Shown here one piece after another: positions 29,948-45,289 of a DNA stretch of 64,000 bases. Every line of letters begins with the position of its first letter. Position 1 is the first letter of the stretch. The stretch spans positions 26,350,001-26,414,000 of the forward strand of contig OZ024759.1 of the NCBI GenBank assembly GCA_964016885.1, read 5' to 3'. A model generated the notes under the pieces. It worked only from the letters and a program-made list of their open reading frames with translations. It had not been told where the DNA came from and ran no database searches. The position numbers were made by a program, and so were the translations under genes. Source of the DNA: Eledone cirrhosa. Its lineage: Eukaryota.

Positions 29948-30154
29948 AGTTAAAACAATGAAATAAAAATTCAAATCATTAGGAATATACTTCACTGCTT
30001 TACGATCGATTCTAGGTGATAATAATACATCGTACGCATATTTCGTTATCGATCTATGTAAGGTTAATTACAAAATATCAAATAAGGAATATATTTACCT
30101 ACGTGTATATCATCAGGCGTTGTCAAAAGCAATATATATATATATATATATATA

Positions 30155-30188
<34 letters not shown>

Positions 30189-31058
30189 GATAACAAATTA
30201 TCGCTATAGGTAATCCAGTTAAAGGTTGTGAGTACTCCGTATTGTGGATAGTTATAATGTACGGTGCTGTTTGACTCAACAAGAGGTTTCCTTAGTTAGT
30301 GGCGAGTTTCTATGGAATTCCTATGCAGGTTAATCTTGGAGTAATAATAGTGAAAGAGTGAAGAATAACATGGTCAACAGTATTAGGTATTAGGCATACA
30401 TGTATTTAAAATTGAGTGACACAACTTCAAATCATTAGCAATTTTTAGACACCCTAATCAATGAAAGAATTGTTAATACTGTAAATAAAACCCTTTTTGT
30501 ACTGTTGACCATGTTATTCTTCACTCTTTCACTATATATATATATGGATATATATATATATATATATGGAAAAGAATGAAACGAAATTTCATTTCTCACT
30601 CTAGTACGGTTGATACTTAAATGTAAGTATGTACACGTACATACATATATGTATACAGACGTACAGTAGTTGTATATAAATACATACATGTACACATATA
30701 TATATATGTACGTATGGGTTCACCGAACACTCATTATAATGTTCGGTTTGTTTGTAAACAAACAAACAGCCCGAATTACGCCGAACAGTGTTCAGGCAAC
30801 TATCGCCGCCTTTTGTTCAACAATATATTATATAATATATATATATATATATAAAGAAGAGAAACAATATTACGTATACGTACTCGGTTTATTTTATAAT
30901 CCTGTTATGTATATTTCGAAGACATGAAAGTAGTTGCGTGTTAATCATTTGATACGGTGTTATCAGGCAGGTGCTAAAGTGTAATATGTTCTTGTTACTG
31001 GTTGCGATATGCTCGCCATAGAATGAATCACGATGATAGCAATTCGGCTACAAGCGAG

Positions 31059-31206
<148 letters not shown>

Positions 31207-31233
31207 TAGTTTACGCTTGTTGAAAAATAAAAT

Positions 31234-31272
31234 GACTGTTTCAACGTATCGGACGTTATTGTTTCATCAGGA
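31234..31272 (-). ncRNA. Minimal hammerhead-like motif
   Basis: Minus strand reads CCTGATGA-aacaat-AACGT ccgat ACGTT-GAAAC-A-GTC. Stem I is not evident. Confidence 0.5.
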
Positions 31273-31400
31273 AGAAGTAAAGCTGGAAGGTTGAGAAAAG
31301 AAGGGTTTTATCAGGACGGGTGAGGTGGGTAGGTAAGTAGTCCAGCAATGTAGGGGTGGTCGAGGAGCGACCGGTTGTGTCATTTGCACTGTTATATGTA

Positions 31401-31457
<57 letters not shown>

Positions 31458-31507
31458 TATAAGGATAAGGAACAAGGATTCGGTGTTGCCTCATAATATA
31501 TTCAACA

Positions 31508-31597
31508 TATTACATATGTTTCTCTATCGATCAGCTCGAGGCAAGATCTATTCATTGTAGATCGAACCTGACTCTGTAATCGAAAGGTCGTCAGATA
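31508..31597 (-). ncRNA. Type I hammerhead motif with extended stem II (family A)
   Basis: Minus strand reads TAT-CTGACGA-cCTTTCGATTA...GATCTA/TAGATC...TGATCGATAGa-GAAAC-ATAT-GTA-ATA. Homologs lie at 27390-27477 (-) and 8514-8590 (+). Confidence 0.75.
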
Positions 31598-31664
31598 ATC
31601 TATATATATATATACAGTATATATATATATATATAATATTTTTGTTATTGTTGCTAATTTTTGT

Positions 31665-31722
<58 letters not shown>

Positions 31723-32100
31723 CAAAAATGTGTGTGTGTGTGTGTAATAAAGAATAAAATAAAACTATACCAAAGCGACTGGGAGCACGTGTCACATCCG
31801 TGAATTGAAATGAGGCGGTGAACGCTGGACCGGCAGGACCAACTCCCCTCCCTGATGTACATCCCCACCAACACAATCACCACCACTGCCACTACCATCA
31901 CCTTATCATTTACACTTTCATTCCAAACTCTACAGGCAAAACTGGCAAGCCGCCGCCCCCACCGACCCGGCCCCACAGAAGTACCAACACGCCAACAGGG
32001 CAGCAAGGGGAGCAACCCAGTCACTACTGACAGATAAAAGGAGCGAATATGACGTATATAGGCCAATGGGATCAACCCATGTCAAAATAAAAAATTGTAC

Positions 32101-32132
<32 letters not shown>

Positions 32133-32482
32133 CAACAACACAGCAACAGACAGACACATACATAACTGCAGACATATGCACATACACATTCATAAAACAC
32201 ATTGACACACAAACACACACAAATAAATTAAAAGGCAAAAAGATATGGAATAGAATGTAAAATAACTGACAAATAAAATAGATAGAAATAATATATATAT
32301 ACACACATGTATATATATATATATATATAAATATATACATATATATTGTTATACTTTGGGAGGGTCAGAAACGAAATATACATATATATATGTATGTATA
32401 TATATATATATGTACACACATACATATATATATATATTTATTTATATATATATATATGTGTGTATATATATATATAGACATA

Positions 32483-32524
<42 letters not shown>

Positions 32525-32615
32525 TATGTATATATATATATTATATATATACACATATGTATGTATGTATATATATATATATACATACATATGTATGTAT
32601 ATATATATATATACT

Positions 32616-32651
<36 letters not shown>

Positions 32652-32843
32652 CATATATATGTATATATACATATATGTATATATACATATATATGTATAT
32701 ATATATACATATATATGTATATATATACATATATATGCGCACATATATATATACACATATATATACACATATACATACACATATATATATATATATATAC
32801 AAAAACACAAACACACGCACGTATATATATATATATATATATA

Positions 32844-32879
<36 letters not shown>

Positions 32880-33269
32880 TATGTGTTTATAAATACACAT
32901 ACACATATATACATATATACACACGTAAATATTTACTTGTTTATATATTTATTTATCTATATAGATATAGTGTGTGATGTTGGTCCCTATTGCAAAACAA
33001 ACTATGTTTTTGGTAAATATTAAAATATCTCGAGGGACCAGCAGCAGGTATTAGAAGAGCAAACCGAGCAGGGGAAGGCGAGAAAATTAGTTAATTAGCT
33101 TTATACTAAAATATATAAAGAGGGAATATGGCATATGATGTATATGTGTGTATGTGTGGTATATATGTATATATATGTGTATGTATATATATATATATAT
33201 ATATATGCATATATATGTGTGTGTACATATATATGTGTGTGTGTATATATATATATATTTATATATATA

Positions 33270-33368
<99 letters not shown>

Positions 33369-33535
33369 GGGGTTCTCTGTGAGCTAACAAATATTCTCAT
33401 TTAATCTCCCTACCCGATATATATATATATATATATACATACACATATATATATATATATTTATTATACATAAATACATATATATATATAAATATGCATG
33501 TGTGTATGTGTGTTTATACACACACAGACACATAG

Positions 33536-33584
<49 letters not shown>

Positions 33585-33981
33585 CTAACACCAAGAGTAT
33601 CTATCTGTACATATACAAACATACATGTTTATTTGTTTATACTGAACTGCTTCTAAGCAGTAAGGATCTCACGCAGAGTCAAAACATAGATCTTATCTGT
33701 AGTTTCGAATCCCACAAGGGAAGGGAAAGTGTAATAACAGGTTTCCTTTGTTATTTCCTATACGAGACGCTGGGGAAACATTAGACGTTTCTTGATAAGC
33801 AACCGCTTGCCTGACTTTCCTCCTTTCTTTTCTTATCATCTCCCCCCCTCCCCCCCACATATCTATCTATCTATATATCTATCTATCTATCTCTCTGTCT
33901 ATCTATCTGTTCTATATCTATCAATCGATATATCTATCTATCCACTGCCCCCTCTCTCTCTCTATATATATATATATGTTT

Positions 33982-34022
<41 letters not shown>

Positions 34023-34118
34023 ATGTGAAGCACCAAGGCTGAAGAAATATATTTTCTCTATACACACATCTTCTCTCTCTCTCTCCATGTATATATATAT
34101 ATATATACACACACACAC

Positions 34119-34219
<101 letters not shown>

Positions 34220-34442
34220 GGATAGATAGATGTGTTTGTGTGAGAGAGAGACTTTGGAGTACCAAAGCTGGCGATATATCTTTTATCTATCTATCTATCG
34301 CTCTCTCACTCTCTCTCTCTAGCGTTAAACTAATATATTCCTTCTATAAACTGTACCGTTTGTGTTGTTAATTCTGTTTACCTTCTACATGCATAAATAA
34401 ATATATACATGCATGGCTATATATATATATATTCATGGCTAC

Positions 34443-34495
<53 letters not shown>

Positions 34496-34689
34496 TATAT
34501 AGAGAAGTATGATAGACAAAGATGTCTGAACAAAGGAATTGTCAAAGGAAAAGCATTATGGCTTCCATTATACAATGTGAGAGTGTGTAACAGAAAAATG
34601 GCAGATCAGGCACCAAACACATGCCCGTACACACAGAGGTTAATACATACACACACACACACATATATATATAGATGCACGAATGTATA

Positions 34690-35730
<1,041 letters not shown>

Positions 35731-36033
35731 TGTCAAGAGAGAGAGGGGAGGTCAGACAGTGAGAGATAAGATGTGTGTTATGTCTTTCCTTCCCTTCTGA
35801 ATCTCATACACGCCACCACATCACCATTAATGTCTATTGTGTCCTCTTCTCTAAGTGATTGATCATCATAAGATATTGAATGTCAATGGCCTCCCCCTTA
35901 CCTGTACCCACCCGACCCCTCATTCACCCTCCTTTGAAATACTAATTGATAGTAAGGTATCAGGTATTTGTGTGCCTTTTACTTACTTCATACGTATTGC
36001 AGAATGGTTGACGAAACACATACATACACATAT

Positions 36034-36111
<78 letters not shown>

Positions 36112-36168
36112 TAATTCATATGTATATTTGCGTTTGTATGTGAGTGTGTTTGTGTGTGCTAAAGCGGA

Positions 36169-36213
<45 letters not shown>

Positions 36214-36390
36214 AAGCATGAATGTGTGATCATATATGTGTATATAGGTATAATAAAATGTATATCTCTCATATGCTTACTTACATATATATGCCATGCA
36301 TATATATATATATATATATATATACATAGATACATATTGGTGTATGTATGCATGCATACATATATACTTCCATACACACATCTATACAGG

Positions 36391-36449
<59 letters not shown>

Positions 36450-37088
36450 GCACACAGAGAGACGTGTGGCTCTATTAGTCGTATGACTGCCAAATGTAAA
36501 ATTCTGGAAGGTAGATTGTCGATTGTAGATTTAAGATAAACCCTTTTAAATATAGGTTTTTGATAAGTCTATCATTTTCTAATGTCTTCCTTCAATTGTA
36601 ACGTCTTCTAGTGTGCCTTCATCTTTAAACCAGAACTTAAAACATCATTAAAACATCATTCTTAAGTCTATCTATGAATATATGTTTGTGTGTCAATATA
36701 AATTATATATATATATGTATATGTGTGTGTGTGAGATTGTGTGGAGGTGTGTATGCATGTGTTTATATATATATATATGTAAACATATATATATATATTA
36801 TATATATATATGTAAACATATATATATATTATATATATATATGTAAACATATATATATATATATATATAAACACACATATATATATATATATACACACAC
36901 ACATGTATGTATGTGTGTGTGTATGTATGTACATATATATATCAATGATTGTGTGAGGTAGGTACAGACTGACAGGCAGAGAGGACGTGTGTATATATGA
37001 GTGTGTATCAAGAAAAAAGTCACATTACACTCAAATAATTTTAGATGACATGTGACAGTTCGCTATAACAGAACTGCCCCCCCTCTCT

Positions 37089-37157
<69 letters not shown>

Positions 37158-37290
37158 TACACACACACACATATATATATAACAGAGAATGTATGATAAG
37201 AAACCAGGTAGACCATAACGCATACTGCTGGCTTGGTTCGGATCTAGCTGTCGAAACGGCCCAAGCTCAGCCGGGTCCTGACTCTTTTCC

Positions 37291-37324
<34 letters not shown>

Positions 37325-37402
37325 CGTAGGTCCCGGGTTGAGTCGGGGATAACCACAGTAAGTAAGGTACTCAATACATGGCAGAGTAAAATTTTTTATT
37401 TT

Positions 37403-37520
37403 ATAGAAGGAGCATCTACAGGACTAGTACTGTTTCATTCAGATGAAATCTTCAGGAAGCATCCTGAAGATTCCTGAAGATTTCATCTGAATGAAACAGT
37501 ACTAGTCCTGTAGAAGCTCC

Positions 37521-37526
<6 letters not shown>
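37403..37526. repeat. Inverted repeat (family B)
   Basis: ATAGAAGGAGCATCTACAGGACTAGTACTGTTTCATTCAGATGAAATCTTCAGGAA is mirrored at about 37471-37526. Confidence 0.93.
37471..37517 (+). ncRNA. Hammerhead motif, family B (mirror copy at about 37412-37460, minus strand)
   Basis: TTC-CTGAAGA-tTTCAtcTGAAt-GAA-ACAG tactagtc CTGT-A-GAA. The stem III loop contains the palindrome ACTAGT. Confidence 0.72.
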
Positions 37527-37557
<31 letters not shown>

Positions 37558-37654
37558 AATGACGTAATTCCGTCGGAAAGGTCCAGGAAAATAGAGTGCT
37601 CTATGTAGGTTACAGAGCTTAATAGTTATGTAATAAAAAAACATAAGGCAATTA

Positions 37655-37715
37655 TTTCATTTACCAGTGGTTTCTTAAAAGCAAACAAATTTTGCTTTCA
37701 ATCATCAGAATGAAA
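37655..37715 (-). ncRNA. Type I hammerhead ribozyme motif (left arm, reverse complement of 37811-37871)
   Basis: The same core and stems on the minus strand. Confidence 0.87.
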
Positions 37716-37810
37716 AAAATCCTGGTGTATTTATTCCTTTTCCAGCCTCACTTTCATATAGATTATATTTTTGTTTGTAAAATCCAATGTCAATAAATAC
37801 ACCAGGATTT

Positions 37811-37871
37811 TTTCATTCTGATGATTGAAAGCAAAATTTGTTTGCTTTTAAGAAACCACTGGTAAATGAAA
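37811..37871 (+). ncRNA. Type I hammerhead ribozyme motif (right arm of inverted repeat)
   Basis: Stem I TTTCATT/AATGAAA; CTGATGA; stem II TTGAAAGCAAA/TTTGCTTTTAA; GAAA; stem III ACCA-C-TGGT; predicted GUA cleavage after 37864. Confidence 0.87.
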
Positions 37872-38106
37872 TAATTGCCTTATGTTGTTTATTACATAAC
37901 TATATATATATATAAATACACATATATTGTCCACCAATATATTCATGAATGTGTGTATGTATCAGTTTTGTGTGTGTGTGTGTGTATGTATTTGTATCTG
38001 TGTGTGTGTGTGTCAAATTTGTGCTATCTCTATGCACCTCGAAATTTAGCGCTTCGTCAAAAAACAGTTGAATAAAATAACTACAAAAATCAATACGATC
38101 GATTAA

Positions 38107-38286
38107 ATAATTGTTTCTACTTTAGGCACAAGGCCAGCAATTATGACAGTGCATTACTGGTGCTTTATTTTATCGACCCCGTAAGGATGAAAGGCAAAGT
38201 TAACCTCGGTGGGATTTGAACTCAGATCATAAAGGGACGTAACTATGCTGGAAAGCATGGCGTCCGACCCTCTACCGATACTGCCA
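38107..38286 (-). mobile_element. SINE family 1 copy
   Basis: Full family core and tail in reverse orientation. Confidence 0.82.
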
Positions 38287-38904
38287 TGCCGGAGTTCAAG
38301 CATGGCCGCAGTCATATGACCGGAAACAGGAACAGTAAAAGACGATCTCCAAATGGACATTTAACGAAATTTGATAGCTTGAATAGAAAAAGAAAATCAA
38401 AAACTAAAAGACAATCTCTAAATGGACATTTAACGAAATTTGATAGCTTGAATAGAAAAAGTAAATCAAAAACTATGATATCGTAAACAAATTACCAAGG
38501 GAAATAACTCTTGTCTATTACAGAATAGTAACTTCCCTTGAAAAATTAAAATCCCTTGAAATTGATTTAGTTATGTGAATTGGTTTTGCTTCTCTGGTGT
38601 ACTGTGTAATATATCATTGTGTATACATATATGTATTTAAACACTGCTATAATAACGAGCACACACACATAATAACGAAGAGTGTCCACTCGAAAACAAA
38701 TGCCTGGTGAACGACAACAAACACAAAAAAACAAACATTGGAATGACATCTAATAACTTTAGGAACCGGTGGTATGCCCATACCCACACTTTCAGTGTGG
38801 GTATATATATGTATATATATATCATGGGTATGTCTCTATTTATAAAACAAACTATGTATTTTATCTGATGAAAGTGTAACAATGTGTCTTGTAAACATAT
38901 ATTA

Positions 38905-38912
38905 TATATTCA

Positions 38913-38943
<31 letters not shown>

Positions 38944-39378
38944 GAATATATATATATATGTATATGAATATATATATGTATATGAATATATATGTATCTG
39001 AATATATATATATATATATATATGAATATATATATATGTATACGAATATATATATATATATATATATGTATACGAATATATATATATATATATGTATATG
39101 AATATATATATATATGAATATATATATATATGTATATGAATATATATATATATATATATGAATATATATATATATATATATATATATGAATATATATATA
39201 TATATATGAATATATATATATATATATATATGAATATATGTATACATATATATATGAATATATATATATATATATATATGAATATATAAATATATGTATA
39301 TATGAATATATATATATAAATATATGAATATATATAAATATATGAATATATATAAATATATGAATATATATATATATA

Positions 39379-39424
<46 letters not shown>

Positions 39425-39710
39425 TATATGAATATATATATATATATATATATATAAATATATGAATATATGAATATATATATATATTCATATATATATA
39501 TAAATATATGAATATATATATATATGAATATATATATATATATATGTATATATATGATTATATATGTATATATATGAATATATATATATATATATATGAA
39601 TATATATTTATATATATTTATATAAATATATATATATATTTATATAAATATATATATGAATATATATATATATATGAATATATATATATATATATGAATA
39701 TATATATATA

Positions 39711-39748
<38 letters not shown>

Positions 39749-40279
39749 TATATATATATATGAATATATATATATATGAATATATATATATATATATATG
39801 AATATATATATATATGATATATATATATATATATGAATATATATATATATATATGAATATATATATATATGAATATATATATATATATATGAATATATAT
39901 ATATATATATATGAATATATATATATATATATATGAATATATATATATATATATATATGAATATATATATATATATATATGAATATATATATATATATAT
40001 ATGAATATATATATATATATATATGAATATATATATATATATATATGAATATATATATATATGAATATATATATATATATATATGAATATATATATATAT
40101 GAATATATATATATATATGAATATATATATATATGAATATATATATATATATATATGAATATATATATATATGAATATATATATATATATATGAATACAT
40201 ATATATATATATATGAATATATATATATATATATATTCATATATATATATATGAATATATATATATATATATATATATA

Positions 40280-40337
<58 letters not shown>

Positions 40338-40351
40338 TATATATATATATA

Positions 40352-40413
<62 letters not shown>

Positions 40414-40790
40414 TATATATATATATATATGTTTCGTTTCTGAATTTGTTTAGCAAGATTCTTTATCTGAAATCGTGTGTTGAAACCGATATTGTTATAC
40501 TCTGGGAGGGTCATGTTGCCAATAAGAAACACAAGCACCAGTTGCTTTCACTTCAATTTATTATATATTTATAAATTTACAAATCTACAAACTTATAAAT
40601 TTCTGGTTGGTTGGTTGGTTCCACAACCAGATAGTTGTTTATATATAGTCATAGTCCTTTAGTCACACACTCTGTGACCTCTAATATATATATATATATA
40701 TGAATATATATATATGAATATATATATATATATATATATGAATATATATATATATATATATGAATATATATATATATATATATGAATATA

Positions 40791-40832
<42 letters not shown>

Positions 40833-40898
40833 TATATATATATATATATATATATGAATATATATATGAATATATGAATATATATATATATATATATA

Positions 40899-40936
<38 letters not shown>

Positions 40937-41018
40937 TATATATATATATATCTGAATATATATATATATATATATATGAATATATATATATATATATATG
41001 AATATATATATATATATG

Positions 41019-41055
<37 letters not shown>

Positions 41056-41298
41056 GAATATATATATATATATATATGAATATATATATATGAATATATA
41101 TATATATATATATATATGAATATATATATATGAATATATATATATATATATATATGAATATATATATATATATATGAATATATATATATATATATGAATA
41201 TATATATATATATGAATATATATATATATATATATATATGAATAAATATATATATATATATATATATATGAATAAATATATATATATATATATATATG
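38905..41298. repeat. (TA)n tracts punctuated by TGAA, with a unique island at 40431-40684
   Basis: Directly visible. Confidence 0.97.
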
Positions 41299-41431
41299 TA
41301 GATAAATCTACCAAGAGTTTACGGTAGTGTCCAATCCGTATGAAGAACTCAATGTATTCCGGATATCATGGAAAGAAGAGATGTAATGAAAATCCACTTT
41401 CGGTGAAAGATAAACGGTATACAGAGTCAAG

Positions 41432-41838
41432 ATAAAATATTAAACAAATAATGAACAAACAATTCCTTATATTAAACAAAAAAAGTTCACTATTTAACGA
41501 TCGTTTCTAGGGTATATATGTGTTATAATTGGTATGCATATTCAACAGATCTATGTACAAAATTATACAAAATTATACAAATTATCAAGATTAAATATAC
41601 ATACCTAACACATATATACGCCGTCTTCAGAAATAATTTCTGAAGACGGCGTATATATGTGTTAGGTATGTATATTTAATCTTGATAATTTGTATAATTT
41701 TGTATAATTTTGTACATAGATCTGTTGAATATGCATACCAATTATAACACATATATACCCTAGAAACGATCGTTAAATAGTGAACTTTTTTTGTTTAATA
41801 TAAGGAATTGTTTGTTCATTATTTGTTTAATATTTTAT
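41432..41838. repeat. Apparently perfect palindrome with 203-bp arms and a 1-nt spacer
   Basis: The axis lies at 41635 in CTTCAGAAAT-A-ATTTCTGAAG. No mismatches were noticed by eye. Confidence 0.95.
41636..41778 (+). ncRNA. Type I hammerhead motif with an extended stem II of about 115 nt (mirror copy at 41492-41634, minus strand)
   Basis: ATTT-CTGAAGA, then GTATATATGTGTTA/TAACACATATATAC and GGTATGTATATTTAA/TTGAATATGCATACC helices, then GAAAC-GATC-GTT-AAAT. Confidence 0.72.
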
Positions 41839-42109
41839 ATATATATATATATGAATATATATATATATATATATATATGAACATATATATATATATATAT
41901 ATGAACATATATATATATATATGAATATATATATATATATATATATATATGATATATATATATATATATATATATGAATATATATATATATATATATATA
42001 TGAATATATATATATATATATATATATGAATATATATATATATATATATATATGAATATATATATATATATATATATATGAATATATATATATATATATA
42101 TGAATATAT

Positions 42110-42202
42110 AAGTTTTAATATAGATGAGATTCTACAGGACTAGATGATTTCTAAAGAATGAAACAGTTCTAGTCCTGTAGAGTCTCATCTATATTAAAAC
42201 TT
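42110..42202. repeat. Inverted repeat (family B) with the hammerhead core truncated at the axis
   Basis: Arms are 42110-42144 and 42168-42202. The centre retains GATGA-TTTCTAAAGAAT-GAAACAG. Confidence 0.88.
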
Positions 42203-42529
42203 TTATACTCTGCAATGTATTGAGTACCTTACTTACTGTGGCGAGCGATAGGGTGAAGGGGAAGAGAAGTGTAGGTGAGAGAGGGGGCGAGAAACAGGGG
42301 GTGGGCGAGGTGGGGGAGGGCAGTAATCATGTGTATATGTGAGTTGTTGGTGATGTTATAATTTAAATAAGTGATCCACTCCAAAAGATATATAGCCGAA
42401 CCAATTAAAGGTAATTACGTTAATCAAGTAAAAATCTCACTTCAACATAATGACATCAGTGTACAGATATGTTTCACGATCTCAAGTGGTTCATCAGGGA
42501 AAACACCCTTTGTTCTCTTGTTGGGATAG

Positions 42530-43058
42530 TAGTGATGGTCGTGGCGGTGGTGGCGTAGAGGTTCTGATGGTCGTGGTGATGGTGATGGTGGTGGTAATAG
42601 TGTTGATGGTGGTCGTGGTGATGCTTGTGGTGGTGGTGATCATAGTGGTGGTGGTGGTGGTGATGGTGACTGTATTGGTGAAATACGGTTTGTAATGGAG
42701 ATGATAATGGTGGTGGTGGAGTAAGGTTTGCAATGGTGGTGATGGTGGAGATGGTGTAGGAGTTCTCATGGTCGTGGTGATGGTAGTGGTGATAGTGTTG
42801 GTGGCGGCGGTGGTGATGGTGGTGTTGATGAAGGCGGTAGAGTACGGGTTCTGATGGTGGTAGTGATCGTGGTGTAGGGGTTTGTGATGATGGTGGTGGT
42901 GATAGGTTTGATGGTGGTGATGGTGGTGATGGTGGTGATGATGATGATAGTGCTGATGGTCTCGTTGGTGGTGGGGTAGAGGTTCTGATTGTGTTGGTGG
43001 TAGTGTTGGTAGTGGTGATGGTAGTGATGGTGGTGGAGGTGGTGGTGGCAGTGGTGGC
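42530..43058. repeat. (GGT/GAT)n degenerate trinucleotide repeat
   Basis: Directly visible. Confidence 0.92.
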
Positions 43059-43225
43059 TGAATTTTGTGCCACACCATTTAAAACAAATAAATTTGCACT
43101 CAGGTTTATTTACGTTAAGAATTCAATCGCCATTCTCATGTATTTGTGTGTGTGTGGGGGTGGGGGGTGTCATGTATGTACATATGTATCTCTGTTTGTA
43201 TGTATGTATGTACGTTAGTAAAGTT

Positions 43226-43492
43226 GCATGGCTTAATGGTTAGTGTGTTGGTCTCTCGATCATAAAACTGTGCGTTCGATTCTCGGCGAAATATCGCCTT
43301 TAATAAAGATACTTTATTCCTTGTTATTCCAGTCAAGTCAACTGGAAACCAATGTTCACTGCCTGAGATTTAAACGACCGGTCTTGTCACTCACTATGTC
43401 ACACTGAGTCTCCCTGAGAATTACGTTAAGTTAACACGTGTCTGTGAAATGCTCAGTCACGTACACGTTAACTTCCCAAGCAACTTGTTCTG
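43226..43492 (+). mobile_element. tRNA-derived SINE family 2 copy
   Basis: A-box-like TGGCTTAATGG and B-box-like GTTCGATTC. The 3' part GTGTCTGTGAAATGCTCAGTCACGTACACGTTAAC is shared, in reverse orientation, with 9650-9920. Confidence 0.6.
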
Positions 43493-44125
43493 GAAGAATG
43501 TAAGAAGCAGGTACACTCAACGATGAAACTGACTGAAGTAGAATATACTTGGACCCTCTACTACCAAGCTCCTCTGCAAGATCGGAACGTCAGTGGTCCG
43601 TCTGAGGAAAGAGCCCTGCGAGGTGGGATAGCTGTTGCAGCGGGTATCGCTAGCCATTGTCCGTTGGAATACTTTTGCGTTCTTGTCCGCAGGGCGCAGC
43701 CTCAATACTACTGCACCCTAGCCCCAGAGCCCATCACCCTACCTCTTACCCCCTTTACTTTTCCCTCTCCCTCCCACTCCCCTCTCTCTCGCCCCTTTCT
43801 TCTGTGACACTAGAGCCTTCCTTTCCCGTGTTCATACCCACAAAAGACACTTGAATATTCGATGTAATTCTACTTTGTGTAGGTAGTACTGTTATCTTTT
43901 CTTAGTTGTTCTGTCATTGCGTTGCACCGAACCCGAGACCTCATGATAACGAAGCGAACTATTTAACCATTCAGCTATCTCAGAGCAAACATTCATATCT
44001 TGAACACCTGGCTACACATAAATACCCCCCCCCCCTACTTAACACACCCACGCACATCTAGATCATCCAGTTTTGCTTTTGCACCGCACCCGAGACCTCA
44101 TGATAATGAAGCGAACTATTTAACC

Positions 44126-44252
44126 CAGAGGTTCTCAAATTGGGGACTACGGTCCTCCAGGGGGTTGTTGAGAAGGTCCAGGAGGGCGCTCCGGCTTAAG
44201 GAGGTGGTGGGGGCGGCAGTAGAGATGATATAATAGTATATTAAATATCAAA

Positions 44253-44300
<48 letters not shown>

Positions 44301-44494
44301 TATATTTATTTATACATCGTATATATTATATCATTTATTATAATTTATATATATAAATTAACGATTTTATTTATTATATGTTATTTACAATTTGCGTGTA
44401 GGCAGGTCTCTCTAGTAATAGGGTGGGGGCTGCGTTGAGGGTATTACGAGGACGTGAAGGGGGGGGGGGGGGGCAATAAGTTTGAAAACCTCTG
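44126..44494. mobile_element. Non-autonomous hAT-type MITE
   Basis: TIRs CAGAGGTTCTCAAA and TTTGAAAACCTCTG. The 8-bp TSD reads ATTTAACC (44118-44125) and ATTTGACC (44495-44502). Confidence 0.85.
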
Positions 44495-45061
44495 ATTTGA
44501 CCCTCCAGCCATCCCTGAGCAACACTCATATCTGGACACCTACCTACCTACCTACACATAAATACACTCCCTACCACACATACACACACACATACACACA
44601 CCTCTACATCATCCGGTTTTGCTTTTGTCTACGGCCATGTTTTACAATATATCACTGGCCACACACAATTGTTGAGACAACAGAACCGAAGTTTTCAACA
44701 GCTGGATAAATTGAGAAACTACTTCTGAACTTGTCAATGTTTAAATATCTATGAGGTATAGCTTTGTTTTTGATAATTTTGTTTTCTTCCTTTCTCTGTG
44801 TCACACTCTCCCTTTCTATAGATAATGAACACAACCACAAGGATATGGTCCGAACGTGGAAGAGCCGAACTCCCACCGTCATCGCCTCCATTTCTCTCGC
44901 CCTCCCATCTCATTCAAACCCACACCTATTGACAATAAAACTTTACCTAACACTGATTCAGTCAGCCATTTTTTAACGATCTCAATGGCTCTATATATGC
45001 TCTTAACGTCTACAAAATCTCTCTTAGTCTTCACAATCTCCTACCTTCTATATAATCAATC

Positions 45062-45270
45062 ACATAGTTTCCAGCGCATCTCCCTTACCATCCTCCAGGG
45101 AAACGCCTTCTCCATTCTGTCCGCCGGGGCTGTGGGGAGGCCTGCACGTGGGACCCCATTTGCTCACCTTACAGAGAGATGGAGAGAGCGAGATTGATGG
45201 AGGCCATGACAGTGGGAGTTCGGCTGTTCTTTCATGTTTACTTAGGTTACTATTTGTTATCAGTATACGT
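45062..45270 (+). mobile_element. CRE-like non-LTR retrotransposon 3' fragment, with an inverted partial copy at about 44860-44912
   Basis: Peptide FQRISLTILQGNAFSILS resembles the QRISxAIQRGNAxSIL C-terminus of CRE-clade elements. 45175-45230 is an imperfect reverse complement of 44860-44912. Confidence 0.55.
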
Positions 45271-45289
45271 GGTATATCTCAATCAAACA

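Larger units (their letters stand above)
37623..37902. repeat. Inverted repeat with arms of about 112 bp and a spacer of about 56 bp
   Basis: 37623-37735 is the reverse complement of 37792-37902. Confidence 0.93.

Noticed and set aside
30030-30120. Minus-strand CTGATGA ... GAAATATGCGTA
   Set aside because: Stems I and II could not be formed convincingly by eye.
38855-38905. Hammerhead-like TTTTAT-CTGATGA...GTAAAC
   Set aside because: The GAAA box and cleavage triplet are not intact. At best it is a decayed relative of 61538-61608.
43226-43290. tRNA gene
   Set aside because: A- and B-box-like motifs are present, but there is no complete cloverleaf and it continues into a SINE body.
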